From positions 3,968,001 through 4,032,000 of the forward strand of contig OZ218955.1 of NCBI GenBank assembly GCA_965112735.1: 64,000 nt of DNA, in the 5' to 3' direction. The DNA comes from Phaeosaccion multiseriatum. Taxonomy: Eukaryota > Protista > Ochrophyta, other classes. The notes beneath the pieces are model-generated. The model saw nothing but the letters and a program-made list of their open reading frames with translations, did not search any database and was not told where the DNA came from. Position 1 is the first letter of the stretch. Each line of letters opens with the position of its first letter. Below, one piece after another: positions 50,936 through 62,420 of this stretch. Made by a program: the position numbers and the translations under genes.

Positions 50936-52931
50936 TCATCCCTTCTGCGCGTCTCTCTTGCGCTGCTCTCTGTCCTGCTCCCTCATGTTCCCCTCCTTGA
51001 TCTGCTGCTCGCGCTCGAAGATGTACCTACATATGGGGAGTGAGGCAAGAGGGCAAGAGGACAGCGTAAGCCAAGAGGGCCCTCTTCACACGTCAAGGGC
51101 CACGTGCTAGTCAGGAGGGAACTCGACCGGGGGGCACAGAGCAGAGAAAGAGAGACCGAGCAATCAATGCGGTCCTCCCCAGCATGGATATCCGCCATGG
51201 TTGTGACCATGGGCAAGCTACACGTGTACACTAAGCATGCATGGCAGGCAAGGGCCCCGGTCAGCGCCTCGGTAAAAACGCAACAAGCAATCTACGAAAC
51301 ATCTCAGAGGTGACAACGCCTCCCCTTGGTGACTGACTTAATGACTTACGGTAGAATGGTCTCCTCAGGCAGATCCAGCGGGATGGACACAGCGTAACCG
51401 AAGTACGGCTGCTCAAAAGGGGGACAGGGGGAGAGAGGGGGGTGAGGGTCAGTGTGACCGGCAGAAGGGGGGATTTCCTCCGCTTCATCGCCTCCGCTTC
51501 ATCCTCAACGGGGGAAGAGAGCGGTTTGTACCCAAAGGCCCCTCTCTCTTCATCCGCTACTGCCCCCTTCCCCTCTCACGCGCGCTCTCTCTTTCTCTTA
51601 CGTCGGGTCGCTTCCTGGAGCCGAAGATTTCATCCGCCACTGTCGCGACCTTGCCCCAGTCCACCAACAGTCGGGCCACAGCCTGGACGAGCAACGGTAC
51701 GTGGATACGGATTGGGTCCGAAATGAATGTATGGGGAATGTGACAGAAAGAGCAGTACAGCGAGACGGACATGGCTGCACTACGGAGCCGTCGAGGCGCC
51801 CACAAGCATGCAATGCTGGCCACTGGTCTCTACGGCAACACCTGCTTCCCTTTCGCACAGCAGCCAGCCTGTGAGCCCGTATGCACAACTCCCCCACCTC
51901 ACCTCCAAGTGCTCCAGATACTGCTGCTCGCTCAGGTGGAAGCTCTGCTGCCCGAGGTACTGGTGGGACAGAGGCGGGGGGGTGAAGAGATGGAGCAGAG
52001 GAGTGGAAGGGGGAGAATCAGTACAAGAACCGAGGGATGGGAGACAAAATAAACACAGAAGGAGGACAGACACCAACCTTCCACATGACGTTGATGTGCA
52101 AGTGGTAGCGCCCCATGTACTCAGTGGTCTGCAGGGAGGAGGGTAAGGCCAGACAGAGAAGAGTGGGGGTGGGGCAAGGCAAGAGAGAGGGGGTGAGTGC
52201 ACTCAGTATTAGGGGCAAGCAAGCGAGAGACGGACACTCGTTTCCAATCAGCATAATGCAGTCAAGGGAAAAGAACAGTGAAATGATCAGAGGGGTATAA
52301 TTGACTAGTGTGACTCTCAAGGGAGGCCATTGCTCAAAGCGGTGCTCACCGATATCTGGAGGTCGTAGGGGTGCCCCCACTTGGCGACGATCATGTCGCA
52401 CAGGTCGTAGCCCGTGAACACGCCGTCCTCCCTCCTCTTCCGTCTTCGCTGACTGCCACACGCGCAAGCACGCACACGCGGGAAGGGGGGGCACAGAGCA
52501 CAAGGGGTTGCGCCGTAAGTAGGGGACGCGATGGAGAGAAAAACAAAACAGAGAACCCGATTCGGTGACTACAGAACCCTGTTCGGTGACTCACATGTCC
52601 TCCTCCGTGTCGTTCCTTCTGTAGTCCTCCATGTTCTTGGAGATGCCGTCGGGGGTGATGCCCCATCGAACCACCTGGGCCGAGTTGCGTGGGCAGGGGT
52701 GATAAAGAGTGGTCAGGAGGGGTCATGTCAGCACACAGGACGACTCTCGGACAGCGCCACTCGCTTGGCTGCCGGTGGGCAGCACATGGCTTTGTCAAAG
52801 AGCCGCTCTCCATCAGGCCGCAGAGCGCCTAGAGGAGAGAAGATGGTGGAATGGAAAGGAAAAAGCGCCTCCGCGGTGACGAAAAGACACATTCACAATC
52901 TCTGCCCCACCCACCTGCTGCTGCCTCGGCA

Positions 52932-52970
<39 letters not shown>

Positions 52971-53091
52971 CGAGAGAGGGGCGCCGAAGCTGATTTCCCC
53001 TCATTCCGAGCATCGGCGCCGCGAAGCCGGACACCAGCAAAGGCATGGCTGCCGCCACCAGCACAGACACCACCACGGGAGAGCCCTTCAT
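50936..53091 (-). CDS. Plastid-targeted DUF3067-family protein (multi-exon)
   Basis: Signal peptide plus FAAP transit start; TGYDLCDMIVAKWGHPYDLQI..INVMWKYLGQQSFHLSEQQYLEHLEAVARLLVDWG..RKRP..GYAVSIPL matches the cyanobacterial/plastid DUF3067 consensus; last exon YIFEREQQ..QKG*. Confidence 0.88.
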
Positions 53092-53485
53092 CCTGTTGGC
53101 TGATTTTGGTCGGACGCGGCACGAGAGAGGGGCAAAATATATTGATCTGGGCGTGTGTCGGGATCGGAATCGATCATCGAAACCAGCTCAGCCCACCGCA
53201 CGCCAGGCTGGAAACCCTCCGTTTCAGTTTCAACCGGCTGGCCCCACCGGCCCGCGTGTTGAAGCTTCTCAATGCACAAACAAAAAACACAACACCAAGT
53301 TTCTTTGCTGAACACAAAGCTACCCAAACTTCAACGCGATCGAAGGACCGACAGGCTCAGGTGTCGTGTGGGAGGAGAGCGAAGACGCAGCTTACTCAGA
53401 CGGAAAGAGCGAGAAAGAGGAAGGAAGAAAGGGAAAAAGAACGTGAGCATTTACGTCGCTTGAACAAGGAGCGCCGAAGTGAAGA

Positions 53486-54364
53486 ATGGCAACACTGAAC
53501 GTCTTCGCCCCCGAATGGACCCCCGCCGTCCCTGTGTACAACAACGGCATCGCCTCTTGCGTGCTGCTGGGACTGGAGCCCAAGTGAGTGGGACAAGGGA
53601 ATGCGGAATGCGGTATTTTTTCGTTGGCTATCTTTCTTACCGACTCATACTTCCCCGAGGCATGCTTTGGGGGCCCCCCCCCCCCCCCCCCCCCCCCATG
53701 CGGCTTGTCTCACTCTCCTCCTCCTCCTCCTCCTCCTCCTCCTCCTCCTCCTCCTCCTCCTCCTCTTCTCTCTTTTTCGGCTAGGCGCTTCGACCGTCGC
53801 GAGATTGCAGATGAGGATTTGTTTCTGGTGGGATCCTACTCTCCCCAAGGTAAGACTGCCCTCGTCTCTGCTTTGCCCTCCGTAGGGCTCCAGCCCATCC
53901 CTTCTGTCGCATTGTATCGTATTCCCTGCACCCACCCTCCTCCCTTCCTGGTATGTGCGAGCGGGATGTTTTGACGAACGCCGACCTCCCTCCCTCTGCC
54001 CCTCCCAATTGCCTCTTTGTCACAAGAATTCGATGAGCTCAGGGCTTGTGAGGAGTTTAACAACGAGCTCGAACGCTTGGAGGAACTGGAAAAGGCCGAA
54101 GAGCTTCACCAGCTCCTGCAAGAGCGCCTGAGAGGGGTGCAGCGCAAGTCCTTCTCCAGGCCGGTGGTTGTGAGCTCACTTGAGCAGCTCATCGAGGGTA
54201 CGAAACGGCACCCGGACCACGTCGAAGAAAAGAGGAGCAAGGGCCGCAAGGGGAGGGACACGAACGCCGCCATCACCCGGTGCAAGTCCATGCACATGGC
54301 TGGCCCCGCGAGGACGAAGTTCCGTCCCATTCTGCAGCCCCTGGCCGTCGGGGGGGCGCGCTAG
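53486..54364 (+). CDS. Small 166-aa protein with N-terminal PAM2-like motif (ERD15/PAIP2-like architecture), 3 exons
   Basis: Exons 53486-53583, 53785-53849 and 54027-54364 splice in frame (501 nt); MATLNVFAPEWTP; acidic helix; C-terminal KFRPILQP. Confidence 0.72.
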
Positions 54365-54889
54365 AGAGGGGCCTTCATGAGGGGGGGTGTACATTCGTGT
54401 TTTTAAGGGCAGGGCCCGGCTTTTACTTTATTTTTTTGTATAGCTTCTTGCTTGTTTAGGCAACAAAAACTTAATTTGTGTATCTGTAAGTACGAGTGAC
54501 TGGGAGAGGCCTCCCGCCCCCGATACAATGTTCGTAGGAAGGAAGGAAGGAAGGAAGGAAGGAAGGAACGGGTTCGCTCCCGTTCGATAATGGGCCTTGT
54601 TTGTAGTGGAGGAACGAAGGACGATAACATCAAATACAATACTGCAAGAGAGACTTGAGGGGTATCCCAAGAGGCAGTTACCTCCCGGGGGACGGACGCT
54701 CCTGAGCACGTCCTCGTCAAGTGTCCCTCTTAGCCTAGACTCCACCCCTGACTTTCTACCGACGCATTCTCGGTGGCATGTGCTACGGGCCCTGCGTGCT
54801 ACTGGCCGCCGCCTTGTAGTAGGTAGCACGCCGGGGCCGACTAGTCGCCCGCTGACGTGTCCCGACGTGCTGCCGAAGCCTTCACAACT

Positions 54890-54965
54890 CCCCTGACGCG
54901 CTATCGCCCACATTCTCAACAGCGCGCTATCGGCCGCCGGCCGATAGCGGATAGTGTGTCAGGGG
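54890..54965. repeat. 76-bp inverted-repeat element with internal hairpin (mini-MITE or structured RNA)
   Basis: CCCCTGACGCGCTATC...GATAGTGTGTCAGGGG arms enclosing CGCTATCGGCC-GCC-GGCCGATAGCG. Confidence 0.75.
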
Positions 54966-55115
54966 TCGACTAGGGGGGGGGGGGGTGGGGGCGATCGAGG
55001 GGGACGGCGCTCGCCATCTGGAACTGAAACTGATCCACGTATGTCAAGGGAAGGTTGGCGGGCCCACTTTGTCTCTTACATTGTAGCCCCCACGTCTTTT
55101 CATATCAAGAGGACG

Positions 55116-56338
55116 ATGCTCTTCTTACTGCTCTTGTTGTCTCTCTGTATATCGCGTAGTGTGGGGGGCTTACTTGGCGGCCCACTCCATGCGAGGTTAG
55201 TTTTTAATTACGAAGTGGAGGAGTGAGGGCGGAAGGGAGCGAGAGAAGAAAGAGGGCAGGCAGGCGAGACAACCCAGGGACTGCACTGACATTGAAGGGT
55301 GCTGCCTACATCAAGGAAGTTCTTCGCACACAGCGAAGGCATTCAAGGGAAGAGGGCCTCGGGGAAATTTCGTTGTATTGAAGCTCCACGTGTGTGAGGC
55401 GTCAGAGGAGGAGGAGGCAGGGGCGGGGAGCTCAAAGGGAACGAAAGGACGGAGACTCAAAGGGAAGCAGAAAACCGGCAGAGAAGGACTTCGCCCAGTG
55501 TGTTGTTGCTCCTTTCCCTGTTGCCCTGACGTTGCTTTTTTTTCTCCCTCCCACCCTCCCTCCCTCTCTCAGCTGCCGAGCAACTTTCACTTTCCCATCC
55601 CACACTTGCTCGACTGTCGCCTCCGCGTTGAGGGCCAGCGCCCTGAGTATGGAGGGCCTGGAAAACTGTGGCTCAGGCCAAAAATGCGGTTATTCAGGTA
55701 TTTGAGGAGGACAAGAAGAGCCTCGCTTCCTCTTGGACCACCCTGACTCCGCTCTTTCGCCGTTGATGGACGATCCCAACAAACAAACAGTGACGTCGTG
55801 TAGTGTGGAGGGCTTTGTTGGTGTCCACGAGACGCCGACTAAGCACTACCTCGACGATATTACCTTCGATTTCAAGGAATCCCCCTCAGGATGCGAAGCA
55901 GCAGGAACAAGCGTCTCCCAAACATGTGGGGAACAGAGGAGGAGGAGGAGGAGGAGGGTGGAAATGTATTTGTTCGAAGAAAAGATGAAGCAGGAGGAGG
56001 AGGAGGAGGAGGAGGAGGAGGAGGGGGATCAGGAGCGACAACTCGACTTCCTCAAGCTAACCCCCTCGGTTCCTGCGTCTCGTATCCTTCATTCTCTGTA
56101 GGGTATGCTGTACTGGACCAAGGAACCAACTTCTGCAACCTGAGGTAAGAAAAACGTCACTGCAGTGCGTGTGCATGACTTTTTGGTCGCTGATCGAGGT
56201 CACCATCCTGAAACTGAACCTGAACCTTGACCCCCCTGCAGAAACCTGATCGAGGGCACCGCCCTGCCCTTCACCATGTCGAATGTGAGCGATAAAACAT
56301 GCACCCAGTTCTCGACGGCTGACTGCTCAACTTACTAA
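55116..56338 (+). CDS. Secreted Cys-rich protein of unknown function (DUF1499-like motif pattern), 5 exons
   Basis: Signal peptide MLFLLLLLSLC; spliced PLHASCRATFTF..QKCGYS..HETPTKHYLDDITFDF..SVSQTWYAVLDQGTNFCNLRNL..CTQFSTADCSTY*. Confidence 0.75.
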
Positions 56339-56803
56339 GCGCAGAAAGGCGAAGACTGCCAGCAGCTACTGCCAGCAGCTACTGCCAGCAGCTGCTGCCG
56401 GGTGAGATGTGTACATACACGTGCTAAAGGGAGCAAGGGAGGGGAGCGCGCACGAGCAGCGGGCACGAGCAGCGGGCATCACGTCCGCCTGTGCGGCCTT
56501 CCTCTTGGCGTTGGCGCGGGTAGGGAAGGAGAAGTGAAGTGCCCAACAGCACGGCCTCTGTCGTGCCACTTCGAGTCACGGACGGCCCCCCAGAACCAGA
56601 AATACGCGTGGCTCTCACTGTGACGGAGAGAGACGGAGAGAGAGAGACGGAGAGAGGGTTCAGAGCGACCCCCGCCCTAGCAACTGTCTGTAAAATGAAA
56701 TCAACATTATTAATTATGAAGCCTCTATCGCTTCCCTTGAAATCAACACTATGATGAAGCCTCTATCTCTTCCCTACCCCCCAAGCACAGCAGCCGCACG
56801 TTC

Positions 56804-57542
56804 TCACGCATCGGCGGCGGGGGGAGTAGTTCCCTGCAAGTAGTACACCCAGGGAGGAAGCTCGTCTGACGAGGCGCACTGCACTATGAGCTTGCCCGCC
56901 GCGGGAGGACCCTCCTGCCCCTGCTCGGGCATGTAGCGAACGTTGACGACCTTGGCGCTCTTTCCTGCCACAGTCGTGCACAAGCGCTCGTCCCCACTTG
57001 CCTTGCCAGGGGCCTTGCCAGCCGGGCCCTCCGACACCACGAAGGAGGGGTGGTCCGTTGTGAATGTGAATTCCAGCTGGCGGGCAAAGATGTTGCGGAA
57101 GGCAATCTCCTTTGCCTCTCCCGGCAGCACGAGGAAGGGGCCCTGGGGCAACGGTGGGCTGCACACGCCGCGCAGCTCACAGCGGTACTCGCCGTACACC
57201 GGGCTGCTGATCTGTAGGAAGTCTGTCACGCTACCCGGGGCTTCCGGCTCGAACTCAACCTGTGGAGGGGAAGGGGGAGGAGGGGGCGGTGGGTGGGTTG
57301 GGGTGAGTGGAGCTGTGCTTTGCTTGTTGCACAGGACGTCGCCTCCCTCTCAGAAGGCCCTACACCACTGTATCAGTGCATCAGGAATTGAAATGCCAAG
57401 GTCTGCTTGCCCTGCACATACCCACATACCTCTACCCTGTCTATGTGCCCCTACCCAAGCTCTCTGCTCCTCTGCCCCGCCCATACACCTCTATTGCCCT
57501 GCCCATACATCTCTACTCCCCTGCCCATACACATACACACAC

Positions 57543-57592
<50 letters not shown>

Positions 57593-60196
57593 GCACGTGG
57601 ATGCTCTGTCCGCCCCAGCCCTCGCACGGCTCCACGGTGAGCGTGGGCTTGACCGAGAAGTGCCTGGGATTTCCGACTTGGCATGTGAAGGAGGCCGCCT
57701 CCAAGGGGTTGAAGCAGCGCAAGCTAAACGCCTCCACCTGGGCCGCCCCGAGGGGGGCGTCGAAGTGCAGCACGGGGGTGGAGGAGGGTGCCTTGGCGGT
57801 GAGGTGGAGGAGGAAGTGGTACGTGCCGAGCTCCTCCATGCTGAACGACAGCTTGGCCGTCTCCGTGTTGGCCGCAGCAGCAGCCGCAGCAGCCGCCGCA
57901 GCCGCTCCTCCGCCTCCTCCTCCGCCGCCGCCGGCGGTCACCACAGCCCCGGCCGCTGCTCCTCCTCCGGACCCTCCCTCTCCGCCTGCGAGCAGAGGAC
58001 GATACTCGAGCTCGAACACGCCCTCCTGATTGCCCGACATTTCTCCGAGGCGTGTGAGGCGAATGTAGGGTGAGTCGCATGTCCACCACGAACCCTCCTG
58101 GTCCCCGGGGGCAAAGGTCACGGGCATGTTGGAGGGCAGCGGGTTGGCCACGGTGAGGAGGTGTTTGACGCTGCTCCTCACGGTCGCCTCGAGCTCCACG
58201 GTCTCCTGGATGCCCGCGGCCGAGGCGGTGAGGCTGAGGTCGTGGAACAGAAACTCCCCCGTGTTGTGGTTGGTGAACACCACCTTTGCCCGAGTGAGGC
58301 CCTCCTTGTAGGCCACGAAGCGCAGGGCAAAGTCCTTGGTGCCGAGAGCGGGCACTTCGATGGTCTTGGCCCCTGTGAGGCGCGTGGAGGGGTGGTGCTC
58401 CCCCTCGAACACCACCTCCATGCCGAAGCGCTGTGGCCGTCGCTGCCAGTTGTGAACAGGCACTGTGAACGCGAGGGGCGCCTTGGCAGGGGTGGTCTTC
58501 TCCACCTTGCTCTCCGCGAGGGGCGCGTCGGCCGTGCCCGTGAGTGTGTATAGCTCGGCCGTGCCGTCGGGACGCGCAAAGAAGAGGGAGCCCTCGTGCT
58601 TCGCCGGGCGAACGAAAGACGGGGGCGGGGCGGCGCTTGTGTGGTTGTGTGATGGTGATACACCCCCGCCAGCAGCGCCGTCGCCTCCTGTAGTGTCCCC
58701 GCCGGTGGCTTCCGGGTCGGCGTTGTCCCCACCTCCTCCCGTCATGGAGGTTGGCAGGAAGGTGACCTCGTAGTCGGCGTCCCCCTTGGGCGGCACTTGC
58801 AGGCTCTGCTCTCCATGCCAGTGCTCGCCCCCTGTGAGCTGCGGCTTGAGGAACCACGCCTTGTCTGATGGGTTGTGCAGAGTCACCTTCTGCGTCTGTG
58901 GCTGCCGCACCCTGCCGCCCGAGAAGGACAGCGCGTGCACGCTCTCCTGTGGCTGGGCCAGGCACATGCCCGTGCAGGTGAGCTTTAACACTCCAAAGCC
59001 GTCCACGTGCAGCGCCAGCCCCTCCTGTCGGATGTCGTCGTTGACAGCAGCGGGGCGGAAGGCCACTTCGAACGTCACCTCGCTCAGCGGCGCCACCATG
59101 CCCTCCAGCGGCGACACCGAGAAGTGCGGCCCGAAGGTCGACTCGCTCCAGCGGAAGCGTGCTGGGATGTCCCCTCTGTTCTCGAACGCAAGCTTCTCCG
59201 ACCGCTGCGAGCCGAAGCACACCGTTCCAAAGGGCACCGCGTCTGCCTCCAGCGCCAAGTCCATCCCCGTGCTCTGTCCCGACACGGCCACAAGGGGCCT
59301 TAGCTCCAGCGACGCCCCTGCCCTCACAAGCAGCTTCTCCGTGAAGGAGGCGTGGCGGGCCTGGGGCGAGAAGGACACGTCCACCATCGTGCTCTCCCGG
59401 GGGGCCAGCACGATGGGCCCCCGGGGGCCGAAGCTGATGTCCCTCTCCTGGAGACGGCCCCTCCCCAGGGCCTCCTCCTCGTGCAGCTCGAACGTGATGG
59501 CACGCTTGCTGCGGTTCACCACCTGGAGGGAGATGGGGGGGGGGGGGAGACGGGAGAGGGGAGAGGTGTCAGCACATATCATGTATCAGCTGAGGTCAGT
59601 CAGTGAGTGGATATGCTCAGGTGAGTGAGTGAGTGAGTGAGTGGGTGAGTCAGTCAGTGAGACGGTCCGTCAGTGAGTGAGTCAGTCAGCCACGACACAC
59701 CTTGACGCTCTTGCTGGCGAGCTGCCCCTCCCCCACCACCCCGAAGTTGAGATGCTTGTGCAGGGGGTTGGCGAGCTCCAAGCGGGCAGGGCAGCCCTCC
59801 CCGGTGGCCACGAGCTTGACGGTGTAACTGCCGTTCACGAGGAACGGCACGAGGAAGGCGTAGTCTTTGGCCTCCCGGGGGGCGAAGTGCACAGGCACCT
59901 CCACCACCTGCCCAGGCTCCAGCACCTGAGGGTTGGGGAGGGGGTGAGGGGGGAGTAAGTCAAGGATGTGGGAAAGACATACGTCAAGGAAGCTAGTGGG
60001 TTGGTGTGAGCGAGCATAATGATGGATTGATTGGCTGATTGATTGGCTGCACGTGAAGTAAGTTGCTCCAACACAACACACCTCGGAGGGGCAGTCGACC
60101 CACAGGCAGCGGCTCTGCTCGTGCTGACAGTCCAGGGACAGCGCGTTGAGCGGGTCGCGGTTTGTCACCAGCAGAGTGTACGTTTCTGGGGCGGGG

Positions 60197-60281
<85 letters not shown>

Positions 60282-60671
60282 GTCAAGGGTGGCAGCGGAT
60301 GGGTGGGTTGGAGTGGATGGAAGAGTCAGTACGAGTTGGAGCTTCATGGCCGTCTCGCGGGGGGAGTTGGGGCTTATCCCACACTTCCGAGAGGCGAGGA
60401 AAAGATCACTGGTGCGGTGGTGGGGTGGTGCGGTGGTGCGGTGGTCCGAAGCGTCAGAAAGAATCCTTATGCGCAAGCAACACTGCCCTGACCGCCACTC
60501 GCACTCGCCTGCCCCGGCGGGGTGATGAAGCAGGGCCCGAAGTGGTGCCTGTATGCGCTGAAGCTGAGGCCGGGCCTTGCCCCCCTCCCCAACACCTTGA
60601 GCACGTAATCGTACTTGCCGGCAAGCGTACACGTCCACTCCGCCCCGTCAAGCACCACCTTCGGATCAGGG

Positions 60672-60709
<38 letters not shown>

Positions 60710-60726
60710 AAGGGTGAGGGTGAGGA

Positions 60727-60768
<42 letters not shown>

Positions 60769-60773
60769 CAAAG

Positions 60774-60847
<74 letters not shown>

Positions 60848-62331
60848 AAGGGTAAGGGTAAGGGTGAGGGTGAAGGTGAGGGTAAGGGTAAGGGTGAGGG
60901 TGAGGGATAGGGCTTTCGTTAGTGGTAGCAGTAGTATGAGGAGGAGGAGGAGGAGGAGGAGGAGGAGGAGGAGGAGGAGGAGGAGGAGGGGAGGAGGGGG
61001 AGGTGGAGGAGGAGGAGAGGAGTCGAAAGAGTAGGAGGAGTAGCATTAGGGCTAGGGGTACACATCGAGCAGTACATCGAGCAGCACATCGAGCAGTACA
61101 TCGAGCAGCACCTTGTCGTCGAGGGGAGCGAAGGCGAGTTCGAGGTCAAGCCTTCCTCCCTTCTTGATGCTGCCGGCAAGAGGAGCGCCTGTGAGCTGCA
61201 GAGACGAGGGCTCATGAGAACCTGTCACAGAGAGAGGGAGAGAGAGAGGGAGAGGGAGAGAGAGAGGGAGAGGGAGAGAGCGGGATGGAGAGAGAGTAGC
61301 GGAGAAAGTGAGAGCATCAGTATCCGTTCCAGGCCTAGTGACAGTGAGCTCAGTTCCCTCACTGACTTACCGGATCTCTGCCAGAGGTAATCCACATTGA
61401 ACTTGCCAGGGTTGACCATGGTGAGCTTCCTCGAGGCCCTCTCGTTCATGTACACCGAGGCGAGGTCAAGCAGGTTAGAGTGCGGCAGGGGCAGCAGCTG
61501 CATCGTTGAGGCCACCGACGAGGACGAGGAGGACGCATCGGGGGAGGTGCCCTGTGCATGTAGGGGGAGATGGGGAGGGCGGGGGGTTACATAGAGACAG
61601 GGAGAGGGTGCGTGTGCGCGTGCGTGCGTGCATGCGTGCTTTTTCACACCTTCGCAACCCCGAGTTGGAAGCCATGCAGGAGAGGGAGGGAGGAGGGGAG
61701 GGAGAAGAACGAAGCAGCACCAAGGCACGAAAACAGACAAATACAAAGACAAGTGAGTGCTTCCTCTATACTCACGTCGTCCTCGGCCTCGTCCCCGTGC
61801 AGGACGATGTGCGTGTGCACCTTGTAGCCCTCGCCCTTGACGTTGAGGTTCAGCTCCGACGGCTTCTTGCGAACGTTCAGCTTCAAGTTGAAGTTGTGGA
61901 ACTTCTCCTCGCGCGGGTAGAACGACACCTCCACCGGCACCCTTCCCCCCGGCGGTAACAGGCCAGACAGGGGCAGCACCTCCAACACAGGGCGAGGCTT
62001 CTTCTTGCCCCTGCCCCCTCCTCCTCCACCCCCTTCATCGTCGCCCCCCCCCCCTGCACCGCTCGCCATGCCGAGACTGAACTTGTCGAAGGCGAAGCTG
62101 AAGGGCATGCTCTCGTGGTTGACGATGTGGAAGGTCTCCCTCCTGAGAGTCCCCAGCATGAGCGCTCCGTAGTCGATGCGCGTCCTGTCCAGAGTGATGT
62201 TGGGCTCAGCCACGAGCCCTACCATGAGGAAGAGCTGCTTGACCCCGTGGTCCTTGATGGTGAAACTGTAGAACGCCTCCTGCGTGCCCATGTCGTCGGG
62301 GGTGAACTCAAACACCATCTCCCCGCGCTTT

Positions 62332-62420
<89 letters not shown>

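Noticed and set aside
51346-51348. TAA as the DUF3067 stop codon
   Set aside because: It lies within a GTAAGT donor, and an in-frame terminal exon with a good acceptor follows at about 51026-50936.
54925-54975. Helitron 3' end (hairpin plus CTAG)
   Set aside because: CTAG is about 20 nt from the hairpin, is not followed by T, and no 5' TC end or RepHel ORF is present.
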